A stretch of 58,268 nucleotides of DNA, filler included, from Sphacelaria rigidula (GCA_964200075.2; 4 parts of 4 records of this genome joined end to end with filler, not necessarily neighbours in it), one strand, 5' to 3'. Numbered from the whole stretch's first letter, positions 36,273-50,553 are shown. Program-made: numbers and translations. Notes: generated by a model from the sequence alone, not told the origin.

Positions 36273-37519
36273 CCACCGGGGCGGGGCGCGGGGGCTGCAC
36301 TGTTCCGCTGAATACACAGGTCAAACTATTTGCGTGTATTGAGGACAAAAGCAGTTGTAGCAGCTTTTTCCGAGATGTGTACAGCTTGCCGGTGCATGGC
36401 ACTACAACACCGTTCAGGCTGGTGGTCCCTCTGCTCGACACAAGCCGGTGTCTTCGTGAAAACACGTTGCACAAACAAAAGGCACACCAAGCAAAAACCC
36501 TTGAATCATATAAGTACCCCTGAGTGCTCCACAGACTTCGGCTTGACCACTCGCTTAACTTGACTCCTTTTTTTTTCACGCCCACGGCTTTCTGTTCCTA
36601 AAAACCCGGTCTCTTGACAGTCCCGCGTATTAAGAAGAATGACCATTGGGTAGGTATAGTAGGCGCAGGCGGCTCGTAGTAAGCCGCTCGCGCGCTCGAA
36701 CAAATTGATGTCGCGAATTTTGTTTGTGTGCAGGATTTAGTGCACTAGAGTGTCGGACTTTGTCCTGTCCCAAGTATTTTTGAATTGCAAAGCCAACGGA
36801 GGTCGCTCTCCTTTCCCCAGTCCCCGAAGCGACGAGCTCCCGCCTGGGCAGCAAGGGTTCGTGATGAGGGCAAGTTCGCCCCTGCGATTTCATGCGTGTT
36901 GCCTGTGCGCGCGTGTGGGGGAGAGGGGGGATTTACAGTTAGGGTCAAGGTTAGGGTTTAGATTACGTGTGCGTGCGTGTGTATGAAACTTGCTGTGCTT
37001 CTGCTCGATTGGCTGAGACTCCGCGGGGAAAATTCCGTGATCCTCGAACACAAGATCAAATCACCACCCAACAATCGTACCTGCCGCGCAGCCTTTAGAA
37101 CGTGCACCCCTGCATCAATCAAATTGACGCAACTCGAAAAGGGGAAACAACGCGAGACCTCCTCTTCCTGATTCATAGATGATCGGTTCGCACTTCGAGT
37201 GAGAAGTCGCCGGAGACACTGGTTTGTCTCCCAAGCAGTGGGACCGCCAGTCTGTAGCTTCGCAAAGCGTTATCATTGCGTGTGGCATCGTGTTCTCAGC
37301 CTGAATTTTCTGAAAAGCTATCGTGCTGTTGGGTACAGTCTCGTTAAAGGTTCGGGACTTCGCTGGTTCAGAGGATTGAGTTTGCTCAGCTCGTCAACGA
37401 AAGTGGTGACCCTCCGCCACCGTCCGTCGTCGAATTTCAAACGCGTAACGAAATTGGCGGCAATTAGGAGGTTCGCGGCGTTCGTTACTTGAAGGGATGG
37501 GACAACCAGGTATATTTTA

Positions 37520-37808
37520 CTCCCTGGACAATATACGATAAACAGTTGCGATGGGAAAAAATACTGCGTAAAGTGAAGGCCTATTGCAACTATATAGAGT
37601 TTTGGAAAACGCTTTTTAATCACTTCATCACAGGGCAAATATCTTTGAATCAGAGTGTAACGAAAAATCGTCAAATGGGGTATCCCCCTAACTTTTTTTC
37701 GATGAGCTTTTTTCTATTCTGCACTCTGATTCTGAGATATTTGCACTCTGAAATGACAATAAAAAAAAAACGTTTTCCAAAACTCGCTACTGCAGTGTCC
37801 AGGGTGTG
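37520..37808. mobile_element. CCCTGGACAA-family MITE interrupted by a nested TIR element (about 37595-37786)
   Basis: Outer ends CCCTGGACAA / TGTCCAGGGTGTG. Inner inverted repeat GAGTTTTGGAAAACG / CGTTTTCCAAAACTC. Confidence 0.6.
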
Positions 37809-39137
37809 GAACATGATATTCACGCGTTGCACATTTCGTCCCGGAATTTAGGCACTCGAGTAGTAAGGTTTCAGGCGATCAACTGGTCAGACTGCAAGCT
37901 TCGTCCAGGGGGTATGCAAGGCTTTTCAAAACAGCAGCTGAGTCCCTTTCGACGCAGGGAGGGGTGGATGGTCGTCGGAAGTTTCGTTAGTCAACCATGC
38001 GTGCTTCTGAGAGACTTTTTTGTCGGACGGCAGGCCTGAAAGGGGGAGGATGTGACCATTGCGATCCTATGAAATGATATTTTATTTAGTAGTTGATCAT
38101 GCTCGCGGACAGATGGACTGCATTGGACTGCATTGGAATGCCTCGCAATGAATCTCTCAACGGCTGAAACTACTACGGCCTCTCAACCATTAACGCTCAC
38201 GAGTAATGGTTGTGCCTTTTTACTTATTTTTTGTTTCATATGCAATCTTGGTACTTCTTTGTAGAGCACAGACTGGATCATGACTCAGCATTCCCGCAGC
38301 CCATCACCTGTGATCCCACTATATATTATTTTGTGCCATCTGGCATTCCCCCGTATTTGTTTGAACGACGGAAACTGGAGATGAAAAAGGCGCAGAGCAA
38401 GGAGAGGATGGCTTCGCACATCCCGTTGGGATCCAAACGCACAAAATCAATCCGGCCGAACCCAGCATTGATGTATCCGTTCGATCACCGAAGCGCCACC
38501 GCACCACTTTCCACGGTGAAACGTCATTACCCACTATGGCAGTCAGTAAAAATGTCGAGTCTTTTCAATACACGTCATGGACGCTACTGGGATTCCGTAA
38601 GTCCGGTCTTGTAAGAAGGATTTGTGAGGATCATATCCCACCATCAGCTTGCTAGCAGTCGAATATCCGACAAGACCCTCCTCTCTAGTACTATCGACGG
38701 CTGTGTGCTCACTGTGCATCTGCAAACCCAGACGGTACAAGTAACGCCGCATCGACGCAGCACCCGCCGTAGCTGGTCTTCCGTGGGAGGAATCACAGTA
38801 ATGTCAGTTGGTATGAAAACTCCACACTTCGGACAGCTCATCAGCTACCTAAAATATGTATCGAAGAGAACTCTCGGATGCTCTTTTCAAGGACACAGGA
38901 TACCTGAAAGCAGGGTGCGAGAAGCGAAAACGCTACCTTTGAGTACTCCGCGCGCTCGACGTCGGGCGCTAAAGGGGGCAAATGTGGAAGAAAGGGCCAA
39001 ATGAGCTAGCATGATCTGGATCAGTACATCAACAAGAAGTCATATCTATAATAGGTAGCTCATGAGCTGTTCGACGTGTGGAAAACTATGCATTTTTACC
39101 CTTTTTTTTTTCTCTGTTATGCTTTAAAAATGAGCAG

Positions 39138-39281
39138 ATCTGGGACACAGCGGGGCAGGAGCGGTTTCACTCGCTGACAACAAGCTTCTTTAAGCGGGCG
39201 GAGGGGTTCGTGCTGGTGTACGATGTGTCCAATCGACAATCGTTCGAGAGCGTTTCTACATGGATGAAAGACATCGTGGAG
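39138..39281 (+). CDS. Rab GTPase, exon 2
   Basis: IWDTAGQERFHSLTTSFFKRAEGFVLVYDVSNRQSF (G3 and switch II). CAG acceptor, GTGAGG donor, 144 nt. It follows a 7,152-nt intron. Exons for G4/G5 are not seen before the contig end. Confidence 0.95.
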
Positions 39282-41015
39282 GTGAGGGGTTCATCCGCAG
39301 GCCAAAGAATGTGGAAGAGGTGTGAAGCGCGGGGGGCGGGGAGCGGATGGAAACTCCCTCCGCTGTAGGAGTATATCAGGCCTGACCCGAGCAGTGGGGG
39401 GTGTTATTTGAAGGGCAATAGACTTGGCGTGTTATATCTCTGGATATCTTTTGCGTCTCTCCCCCCCAAAAAACTAGAAATAACTACTTTTGCTCGGGAT
39501 TCCTGATGCACGTTAATCTTGCATATCTCGTGCACTCGTAGCTTGACTGGATTTGAAACAAGAAAAACGTGTTCTCGTCTCATATGACCGTGCGCACACA
39601 ACCGGTCGTCCACCCAAACCAGTGGTATTCCCACACTGTATGTGTTTTTTTTCCCTGCATGATAACTTCCTGGACTGACGTTTCCCCCCCCCCCGAAGCA
39701 CCACATATCTTCAGAGCGTGCAACTGCTCAACTCGCAGCAGAATCACCGATGACACCCAACAAGCGATTCTTTTCCCGGCGTTTTTGCCGTTAAACAACT
39801 ACAACAACGACCAAGCCCGACATTCCATTTCGGGAAAACACTTCAGAACTTTCTCCGCGCTCGGCGTCAACCGTTATTTTGAAACGTTGTCTTTTTCGCC
39901 GGGCAAAGTATTATGTTTCTGAAGGGTTTATTGCGGCTCCTGGACCAACCAATGAGTACGTCGGAGAAATGGACGCCTCATTCGTGTCAAACACAATCAC
40001 GTCATGATGTCGCCCAGCACCTTCCGAAGCCATGTACGGCACCTTTCCGGGGGAGGGGGGGGGATCCGAAGATTCGTATTCTCTGGGCTCATACCTTTCA
40101 ACGGTTTCACCCTTAGACCGCGAGGGCAGTCCATCTGGACTATGCATACTTCTATCGAGTGTTATTGATGCCAATTCAACAGATGGCCTACTCTCGCCGT
40201 CCAAGGGTTATAACGGCGAGAGTACGTCGTCTGCTGAATCGGTATCAATTTCACTTGAAAAAAATGTATGATTCAGATGGACTACTGTCGCAGTCGGAGG
40301 TTTAAGCCTTAGACAGCGACTGCCCCGCAGGTGGACTGAGATGAATTGTGTCACAGTCGGGTTTCAAAGCAGTTCTTTTCTCGCTACACGAAACGCCCTT
40401 TCCATGAATACGTGGATGTTGGGTATCTATATAGAAACTATGATAGTCCCGCAGAACCCCTGACCGGTTTTGACCCTGTGGTCAATTTCGTGCGGAGTCA
40501 GTGTGTGTGCGGTATGTCTCCGCTGGATACAAGGGCAAGAAACAGTCAGCGTGCCATCGTTCTCCATTCAACACGGTCCACTGCACATGCTGCTGACGTC
40601 TCTGCTTAGGGTTCCACAAGAGCACTACAGTGTGAAGCTGTGCCGGCAACACATGAGGGGTGAGGCAGGCGGCATAGACCACGAGCAGAAACACCGAACC
40701 CGTTGTGTGTGTACACGTACTATACGGTTAAAGTTTCGCGATCAAGATGAGAAATACGACTTGACAGCGAAGTAGTCCACCTGTAGGGGAACAAAGTGAC
40801 CACTTTGATGGCCATGATTGGTCAGAATGGTCGCTCCGCTCCTCTCCGGCCTAGCTCCTGGCTTATAATTACCGAAGGAAACTTCCAAACACACATGGTC
40901 AACGTGGTGAGCTTTTCGGCTGTGGTGCGCCCCACCCCCCTGGAAACCCCCGGATGTTCCCGGACTGTCGGCCCGTGAAACTGGTCCGATGCGACAATCG
41001 CTGTCTGGGGGTTAA

Positions 41016-41113
41016 CCCTTGGACCGCGAGATTAGTCTTTCTGGACCATGCACACTTATTTTCACTTGAAATTGATGCCGATTCAACAGAAGACCAACCT
41101 CGCGGTTTGAGGG
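41016..41113. mobile_element. 98-bp piggyBac-type mini-MITE
   Basis: TTAA-CCC...GGG-TTAA with imperfect TIRs. Confidence 0.75.
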
Positions 41114-41688
41114 TTAAACTTGTCGAGCGCGAGGCTTATGCTCGGAACGATATCATCGCCTGACCTTCCACGCCCGTAAACCTCGACCTGAAGCTGAGCG
41201 GCTCCTCTCTGTTTCCGAGCACCTTCTCACTGTGGCAACCCCGTGACTCTGATGATCCCAGTATAGCCTTTTGAAATATTTTCAGTGCACGATCTGGGGT
41301 GTATCTACCGCGTAGACGGATCGTCGGAGGTACGTGAAAAATAATGCTTGAACTAGTAGGGCGTTAGGCAGGGAATTGTTCCACCACAGAACACACGATA
41401 GGTTGTTGTCGTGGGTGGTGTTTGCAAAGAAAGAGCAGCTTCTCGGCTAGTGCGTCGGGGTAACAGCAGTATTGGAGGCCAGCCCGTGAAATCGTTCCGA
41501 AAAGAGGTCGTGCGCTGGAGGCCAGGGGGTCGAGCGTACATGCTGTATCGATGGCTTCGCGCCGCAGCAGCATCGAATCCGGCATGTCCGTGCGGAGAAT
41601 CATGGGTGACCTCTGGACATCGAAGGGATACGTGTACGCTTCTCCGTTAGTAAATGTTGAATACGAGGCCCTGCGACTGAGGGTTGTT

Positions 41689-42321
41689 ATTAACCCTGTG
41701 GCCCCCAGGGTAGTTCATCTGGATCATGGGTACTATTTTCGAGTGAAAATGATGCCGATTTAGCACATGACCTACTCTCGCCGTCGAAGGGTTGTATAAC
41801 CCCTTGACCGCTAGGGTAGGTCACCTGCAGAATCGGCATCATTTTCACTTGGAAAAGCATGCGTGGTCCAGATGGACTGCGCGCATCGCGGTCTAAGGGT
41901 TTACGCGTCTCTTTGTTTACCCGAAATTTCCGAAATTTTCGTAGGAAATCTTTTCGTGACGAAAATGTGAGAGCAGAGTTTTTTAACCCGTAGACCGCGA
42001 GATTAGTCTTCTGTTGAATCGGCATCAATTTCAAGTGGAAAAAAAAGTAAGCATGATCCAGAAAGACTAATCTCGCGGTCCAAGGGTTAAGCAGGTGGCG
42101 TGTTACGAGCTGGTCCAGGCTAGATACGGGTACCGCGAGGGTAGTGGGGATCATGCGTACTTTTTTCAAGTGAAATTGATGCCGATGCAACAGATGACCT
42201 ACTGTCACTGTCTAATGGTTAACCCTCAGACCGCGATGCGGATAGTCCATCTAGATCACACATACTTTTTCAAGCAAAGTTGATGCCGATTCAGCAGGTG
42301 ACCTACCCTAGCTGTCAAGGG
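41689..42321. mobile_element. Array of piggyBac-type mini-MITEs; best copy 41987-42086
   Basis: TTAA CCCGTAGACCGCGAGATTAGTCTT...AAGACTAATCTCGCGGTCCAAGGG TTAA, plus several degenerate neighbours. Confidence 0.75.
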
Positions 42322-43019
42322 AAGAAGTTCTCCAAGCAATATCTCAGCGACACACACAAGTTTTTCCGTAATCCGCATATCGTATTAATCGTGTAATGAA
42401 GGGGAAGGTTCCCATCCGCTCGAAAGTCTGAGCAAACGCCATGTCTACTACCGTATAGTGATTCCTATACCGTACGGAGATACCATTCACACTATTATAG
42501 TCTATCGAACCCCGAGCGGTATTTTCAGTATGTTAGATGATCACGATTTTTTGTGAGGGCATTCCGTGGAGTGCGGGGAAACGATCGATACCCTCTCCTT
42601 CACCTAATTCGTCATTTTTATCGAGATATGGCGCGCATAATATCTATACTAAAATCAACATATTATGAGAAGAGGCACTAAATGCACTGAATCTGGATTT
42701 CGTGTCTTAGTTCTCCAGAGTTGTGCTCTGAAAAATTGTGTGGAGAATCGCTACGGTAGTGCATATTATACAAACTTCGGCTCTTGTCATTTTGTCAATT
42801 TTTTCACGTTTTTCGGTTTTTCATGGGATTTCTGAGAGAAAATGCACATAGTGTTTGGACATAATCTCAGTGTTTCAGCTCAATTTTTAGAATTGTGACT
42901 TGAAAATTGGCATGAAGAATCGGAAAGGCATACTGAGAACAGGGGGGAGAGGGCGGGGCTTCATTTTTTTCTGAAGAGGTGAGCGCGTTTTCGTGAAAGA
43001 AATAGTCTTTGCTACACTA

Positions 43020-43480
43020 AAACGTCCCTGAGGCCGCTTCTTATAAGAGATGAGAATAACAATGTGGAAAAGTGCCTTTTTGGAGCCTTCATGTCGTTTT
43101 ACGCCCGAAACGAGAGCCGGGCGGAGTTTGACACCGTGGAATGACTTGTTTTACTAGTTGAGGCGGTTCCGTGACCGCAGTTTTTATCTCGACCAAGCAA
43201 GAATTTTTGTCCAAGAACGGTCAAGTCCAGAGGAAAATGTGATTTTTTCTAGATTTGGCTGTTTTTGACCATTCTTGGACAAAAATGCTTGTTTGGCCGA
43301 AATAAAATATGCGGCTACCGGAGAACGAGATAATGTCGTGGAACCGCTTCAAGTGGTAGTGCAAGTCGTCCCAAGGTGTCATACGTAGCCTAGCTCTCTA
43401 TTGGGGCGTAAAACGACGTAGAAGCTCCATGAAGATACTTTTCCAGATTTTTATTTTGGTCTGTCATCAGGAGCGGCTTA
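43020..43480. repeat. Long imperfect palindrome (foldback MITE-like)
   Basis: GTCGTTTTACGCCC / GGGCGTAAAACGAC and TTTTTGTCCAAGAA / TTCTTGGACAAAAA are symmetric about 43245. Confidence 0.65.
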
Positions 43481-43677
43481 GCTCATGAAAAGTACTAATA
43501 ATAACCTGTCCCGTTTTTTTTTGTTTATGATGCCCTAGCGCAGTCCCACACAAAATTTCGAAACACAACAGGTACCAAACCTGGACGGGTAAGTGGCCTG
43601 CAAGATACTGTTCCGAAATTCGATCGGCCAGGTTTCTAAATCGCCATGCCTCCCCTCAATGTTGAGAGATTTGAGGG

Positions 43678-43777
43678 NNNNNNNNNNNNNNNNNNNNNNN
43701 NNNNNNNNNNNNNNNNNNNNNTTAATTAATTAANNNNNNNNNNNNNNNNNNNNNNNNNNNNNNNNNNNNNNNNNNNN
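43678..43777. other. Artificial contig-join spacer
   Basis: 100-bp N run with TTAATTAATTAA. Confidence 0.97.
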
Positions 43778-43963
43778 CCCCCCGCCCCGTCCCAGAAAGG
43801 TTGGTGGGGACATCGCTAAAATAAACAGCAAACAAAAAAAAAAAACACCCCCCCCCCCCCCCCCCCCTCCACTCACCTCCCGCGACCTTTTCTCCCTTTG
43901 TGTTTCATGGTTGATTGATGACGGCTTGATAATTGCAGCTTGCGTGACTGGCTGGACATCTAG

Positions 43964-43988
43964 AAGAAAACGAGCGGCTTACGCTTCG
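43964..43988 (+). CDS. Possible 25-nt micro-exon of the HTATSF1-like gene (EENERLTLR)
   Basis: TAG acceptor and CG|GTGAAA donor in phase 2, matching the next exon. Weak support. Confidence 0.3.
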
Positions 43989-44234
43989 GTGAAAAAGTCT
44001 TCACGCACGCAAGCAGCTCTCTCTCTCACACACACACACACAAGACGTGAAAATCTCGTGCAGTACACAAAGCACTCCGCTCACTGCTGACGTAGTGACA
44101 AACAAAAATATCCGCGAGATGGTCGGTTGGTCCACGGCCACAAAGTGATTTTGTTTTTGCTTCATCGCCTGTTGTGCCCCCCCCGCCTTTTTTTCGCCAC
44201 CTGGTCTTGTATCCGTGTGCGTGTGTGTTTACAG

Positions 44235-44381
44235 AAAGGATGAGATCGCCCGGCGGAAACGATTAGGACTGCCCTTAGACGGCTTGATCGACCCTAAAAT
44301 ACTTGCTCAGGAAATGGGTGGGTCGGCGAAGACAAAGCCACCGCCCCGGGCTCCACAGGCTACCGGCGGAGGACAGAGCAG
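44235..44381 (+). CDS. HTATSF1/Cus2-like splicing factor, internal exon (KDEIARRKRLG...)
   Basis: TTTACAG acceptor, AG|GTGCG donor. Phase 2/2 joins in frame to the RRM exon. Confidence 0.7.
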
Positions 44382-46163
44382 GTGCGCCGCATTTCCTTCC
44401 TTTATTTAGACCACCAGGTATTTCGGGATACTGTTCCGAAAATACACGCTGGTGTCACGCCGTCAAAACCTTGGGGAGGGGTGTTGAAGCTGTGACGCCC
44501 GCTGATAGGCGACTGAGTATGACATTATATTCGTCATTTTCCACGTTCATTTGATGTCGGTTCAACAAATGGATACATGGGCGGTCGAACGGCTCATGCC
44601 GCGGTGCTGGATGTATATATTTTTGCACATGGTTGTGTGTAAATGACGAGCTGGTAAGACGATGTATAAAATTGACTTTCAACACCTCTCGTATCCGGTG
44701 TTGAGAGCACATTTTCCTGGTGTGGTTCTTGTGATTATTCCATTTTTTTTTTGTGAATTTTGCGGTCATATCATTTTGTTTGCTTTTACTCTTGGACCGA
44801 TTTTTGCGCGGCTCTTATCTACATCCGTATACATCCCCGTCCTCGGAGATGAGCGGCAAGGGGGGGGTGTATGCCGTACTCCGTTGGGAGAGCCGACAAC
44901 TGTCGATGGACATGTGCTGGTGTGGAAACTACCACAGAAAGAGGGAGTCTCGCGCGAGTGTTCGTCGAGGACAATTACTTTTTCAGATCGGTTCAATATG
45001 TGTCCGGCATGACGTTTTGATATTTGGTGTAAGTCGACCAACCTACAAATATGGTGCAAATGAAACATTGTAAGGCCACTTATTACGGGACCAAAAGTGC
45101 GAACCGACCACAAGTGCATGTTTTGGGCGTTCCGTTCCTCTCTAATGACGTTTTTTTTTTCTTCGTTAGTTGGATTTTCCAGTTTTTGATACATTTGACC
45201 CAGCTTTCGGCCGCTAAACAGGGAATATCATTATCGCATGTCTTGGACATTTGCATCACCCCACCCAGAGGAGTCTACCCCGCGTTTCCAATTCGCTTGG
45301 ATCCGAACAAAACTTTGACTGGACATAAAAAATGTGAGCACGATGTAGAAAAAACACTGAAGAATCACTACGATCTAAGCCAGCTTAAAAGCGGCTAAAA
45401 GTTGCCCACTCCACAGCTCTCCCAGTATCCCGAATAAACCCGATGTAAGTATATCAGTGTGAACTGCAGACCCACTTGATGACAAAGGACTGCGTCGCTG
45501 TTCGATTGGCGTTGTATTGTCGATGACGTTTTTGTACTGCACAGAGTACGGGGTGCGTCTCATATCGTTGGGCGATAGCGTGTCGGAGTGCGTTTTTATT
45601 TTATATTCATGCGGTGGGTTCACGTCAGCAATCACCCCGCCCTGGGTATATGTCGGGTGCAGCAGTGTAACGCAAAATGTTGCACGCACGGCCCAATTCG
45701 ACGACTCTTGAGCTGAAATTTCACGAAGACCTTCTGCACCCAAGGGAATGATACGCCCCGGGAGCAGCTGCAGATTCTCATTTTTTTGCTGAACTTATGG
45801 CATTATCTTGTTTTTGCTGAAATTTCAAATACCCATAACTTCCTTGTTTTTTTCGTTTTTTTTCTTCGCGGCTTCCGGGATGTTCCGCACGTCGATCATA
45901 GTAAGCTGGTGTCAAAATTTCAGCGTCCAACTAACTCCTAATTTTACGCCGTGCGTCGCCTGAGCGAGGAAACTACCCACTGTTGACTGGCCCAGCTCGT
46001 ACGGACACCTGCAGACATCGTGTTTTCTTTTTATTCATCATGTCAGGTTGGATTTTTTGTTCAGAGGCCATTCTCGAAACCTCCGAGCCAAACGAAGGAC
46101 CAAAATTGTGAAAAATTGTGAACGATCGGTCGAATCATACTTTTGACATGAGAAGTCGCGTAA

Positions 46164-48324
46164 CCCTTTTGGAACCCTCCCCTCCTGTCCCCTGGCCAAA
46201 CGCCTTATTATGAGTAGCCCTGACGAAGAGGAAAACACATAAACAGAATAGGCCGACGACAACCATTTTAATAATGGAAGCCCGAAGAAGAATGTCCTCC
46301 CTAGAGAATTTGGGTAAGGTTTGTCCAATCATACCACGCAACGGATGAAGTGTGTCCAATTTTATCCATCGACAATAATTAGCAAAAGCACTATGAAACA
46401 CTCCATTCAAAAAATAGCAATGGGCTCCAGGGTCCAACTTGGCAAGTTTGTATATTAGCATTTGTACATGAGGGAAGCACCACTTTGACGGGCTGCAGCA
46501 TCGGGTGGCGAAATCCCGTCACAATATGTGGAAGGCACAGTGGGTTGTGCGGTGGTACATGGCAGGCGTAATCGCAGGCGTCCGAACAGGCGATATACAT
46601 GTACACGGGAGGGATCCGACGGACGCCGCCTACCGTAGTCAGGCCAGATGAAAAACACTACAGTCGAGTAAATACAGTTGGTTACAGTATTGACTTGCGG
46701 CTACACTCCGTGCAAGATAAATATGGGCATGTCGTGAAAAGTCGGCCACGAGAGTAGACGGCACGAGACGATAACGGTAGCCGGCGTCATGAACCTCATG
46801 CAGCATGGAGTATATCTGTGCAACGGTCGGGAACGATCAACCCGCGGTATAGATGTGGTGGGGCAACTGTGCCTTTCGCTACGCCGTTGTGCAATAGTCA
46901 GCCCGAAGTATGATGTTGTCGGTACGTACTTGGCAGAGCGCAGTTCAGTGCATGCCCCGCGTTTTACAGAGATGTTTTCAAAATACAACACAGACATGAC
47001 ACGAAGCTGTAAGGTATCACCCCTGGGGCAACGGCTTTTGGCAGACTGTACACCACAGTGACGGTGCATAACTGCAGGGCACATGGCATCTGCGTCGCCT
47101 TTACCCATTTTTCAAAGGGCGGGATGGTACTGTCGGAACGTGCAAGAGCGCGATGTTGTGCATGACGTGAGTCTACAGTTGAGATTACCTCAAACTGCTG
47201 TGAACACACCCAGTACTGTACAGGGCAATGTTGCAGCACCCCCGGCGGCACGGAAAGGTGACTGCCTGGGATTTTATACCGCCAGTTCATACATTTAGCG
47301 AATGTGCCATCGGCGTTGCCCTTGTTGCTATGACACTGCAAAGAGTATAAACTGCAGCGGGCAGGGCGTGCAGGCCAGGCGGTGAACATGCTTCACAGAG
47401 GCCTGTCGCGCACTGTGGTCGGGGAAGGAGCTCATGAGTGTAGAAAAAAACGCCGACGGGTCGCAGCAAGAAAATAGGAAACCTTCTCCTGTTCCACTTG
47501 TCACTCGTACGGGTCTGGAGGATATGCGTTTGGCCAAAATTGTTTTGTTTAAGCTGTGAACCATCAACCATATCTTGCTCAAAAACCGTCAATTGCATAT
47601 GATCAATTTTCCATTGTGAGGTCCAAAAGGTTTAAACCTTTCGGAACCTTTGATGGAAAAGTGACGATTTACAATTGACGTTTCTTTCTCGGGGAAGATA
47701 TGGTTGTTTTTCTCCAAGTGTTGATGATGCAGCCCACCAAAACAACGCACCACTCTAAGGTCAAGTAATACTAATGTGACAGATTCGTGCAGAATCGAAC
47801 TCGAAGTGACGTCTTCCCGGTGACGAAAGCTCGCATACGGGAGTTTGTATGTATAATCGTCATTTTTCCATCAACGGTTCCGAAAGGGTTGACCCCTTTG
47901 GAACTCACAATGAAAAATTGATCATTTGCAATTGACGGTTTTTGAGCAAGGTATGGTTAATGGTTCACAGCTCAGACGCGACAACATTCACCAAAGGCGT
48001 ATTTTTCAGACCCGTGCGAGTGACGAGTGGAACGAAAGAAGGTTTCCTATTTACCGATGTGCCGTATCAGACCCTGAAACCCATTGCTGTTATTTAATGG
48101 AATATTTCAGTGCTTCTGCTGACTATGACTCGCCAAACCCCACCCGCCCTCTCCAAGGAGGACATTTTTCCTGCACCCGGCGTGTGTGCTACTGGATTCT
48201 TCTTCGGTCTTCCATCATCAAATGGTTGCCGTTGGCCTTTTCTGCTTCCATTTTCTCCTCTTCACCAGGGCATCCCATAATGAGGCGTTTGGCCCGGTGA
48301 AAGGAGGGGAGGGTTCCAAAAGGG
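46164..48324. mobile_element. Three abutting piggyBac-type non-autonomous elements (46164-47631, 47636-47888, 47893-48324)
   Basis: Each is bounded by CCCTTT.GGAAC / G.TCC.AAAGG(G) and separated by TTAA or TTGA. The first and third are the same family in opposite orientation. Confidence 0.7.
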
Positions 48325-48925
48325 TTGAGCTGTCGAAGTATTTCACACGCCGGACAGATGATGATTCGCCTGGAAATTACTTCTTAGTATACCGATACGG
48401 ATCACGATACGGATCATTTGGCCCCCCTTTCCCATGTTTGCTCCATGCAGCGCCGGACGCCGGGTAGTAGCGCAAAGATCAAGTTTTGGCCTTTCTGACT
48501 CCGCTGTCACATTTGTGTGTTCTGGGACCATCGGGTCCGAGAAGTCTTGTTTCATTACTTATTTCAGACGGATCATAATCTGCCAGACGTGTCAAATATT
48601 TGCTCTTTAGATTAATTGTCACGATGATCGCCACAACACCCGCAAAATATGTCAACATCCGGTCTTAACATTATTGTTCCGAAATGTGCGTTCCATTCTG
48701 TTTTCCAAATTCTTGCTCAAAATATTATTTAAAAAGATTCCGAAAACATCCAGATAATACTGTTCCGAAAACGACAAGAAATCGCCCATTTATGTACACA
48801 TATTTTTAGTACCGAGTGTCGAAGTTCGGTACTGTTGTGAAGAGCGAAGATATCGTCTTGTGTGTGCGTGCGTTCATCTCATCTTCCTCCCCGTGATCAT
48901 CTTCCTCCCCGTGATCATCTTCCAG

Positions 48926-49014
48926 GGCTGGCATCGGTACTGCGGGAGCGAAGGTACAGAACACAAGCGTATACATCACAGGCCTGCCCCCGGACATTAC
49001 GCAGTCCCGTATTG
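48926..49014 (+). CDS. HTATSF1-like exon, RRM1 RNP2 (NTSVYITGLPPDIT)
   Basis: TTCCAG acceptor, G|GTGAGG donor. The VY.TGLP.DIT motif is typical of Tat-SF1 RRM1. Confidence 0.85.
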
Positions 49015-50477
49015 GTGAGGCATCTTTTTCGTTTCTGTTATTGTACTGTAGTAGATACCACAGCCTGTGCAAAAGATTATACTGTCAAAAGTGTACTGCG
49101 TACAGTATGGGCTATTGCGTCTATTGCAATAGGCAATGCATCTCATACTATACACGGTAAAATTTTTGAAAGTGTACTCTGTTTTCCAGGGTGTGATGGA
49201 TACCGCATGGGTGACACAGTGGAGCACGCGCGGCTCCTGTCTAGAGGATGGTATACAACGTAGAGTGAGAGTCCCGGCATAGTGCGGCCCTCCAGAAGTG
49301 CGGATTTTCAGCACAGTACCGTGCAGCGGACGATTTTTTCATTTTTCATAGTTTGTTCTCTCGAGCCGTACGTATATTTTGATCAAATTATTTTTCACTG
49401 GCGTGTGAAAAATCCCTCCCTTTCGGGGCGCAACGTTTCCCTGTTGGTAGTCGGAGTACTCATTTTCCTTTGTATTCTGCCTTGTTGCGCCATGTCTTCG
49501 TAAACACGGGCGCTAGATTTCTGGAAAATGACTTATCTGAGAAACAACGATGACGAGAACAACAGCAGCGCGGTCTTTCAAAGTGCGGGATCTCAGCCCG
49601 TTCGGTCAAATTCACTTGTCATGAGTCCAACCCGCTATACTAGTATCAAGTAATTGCACTATACCCGTTATAGTGCTGGGTCCCTGCATAGTGCGGTTAT
49701 GTCGGACTGGGGGCCCACCAGCAGTAAGCTGGGATACCACCCACCGTCCTGTAGATTCCGACATGGTGCCGAAAATAATCGAAAGTCTCTTATCCAAGGT
49801 GTTTCTCAAGGGAGAGGGTGGTATCTACCGTACGTGTGTTGACACACTTGTCCTGTGTCACATGCCGGAATCGCCGCGTCTCGGTGGTCTAGCTGATACT
49901 TTTTTCGCCAGAAATTTTGGCGTTTTTTTTCTTTTTGTTTTTTGTGGTTTTGGATCCCGTTACACGTCATGATCACCCCGTACAGTACCCTATTTTTGTC
50001 CTTTCTGTTTACCGTTGTGACAAAACGAGCATGAGAACGAGACCCGCCGAAGTTTTCCGATTTTTTCAAAATCGACGGGGTGCAGTAGTGCTGATCTATT
50101 GATGACTACAAAAAGAACGATCTTTATTTCAGCTGCAGGGCGGGTGTTGGGGGGAGATAGTGTTGTTCAGTCCTAGAGACGACGGAGTCGTACTGGCGAA
50201 GGAGAGGGCGAGGGGTGAAAAGGCACGCCAGCAAAATGAAAGAAAAACGAAAAGGTTGAGAGAGCTCAATGTACACGCGCATGGTTCTCAACCCTGTGTA
50301 GGTGACAGTTTTGGGGGGAGAAAAGGAAGAATTAACGACACACCGCATGTTATTATTGTATGTTGAGTCGCCATCATTATTTTTTTACGTGATGTAGCGA
50401 AAATGCTTGCTGGCATACACACAACAGTAGTCGGTCTACGCGATTTTTTATTTTCTGCTCAAACCATCGATCGCTGC

Positions 50478-50513
<36 letters not shown>

Positions 50514-50553
50514 TTTTGCAACGTTGTTGTTGCTGGGGCAACAAAAAACAAAG

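Noticed and set aside
40781-40810. CTGTAG|GGGAACAAAGTG as the Rab G4 exon
   Set aside because: It reads GNKVT rather than NKxD, lacks the preceding hydrophobic strand, and has no G5 motif downstream.
39282-44234. Rab and HTATSF1-like exons forming one fused gene
   Set aside because: They lie on different contigs separated by an artificial spacer.
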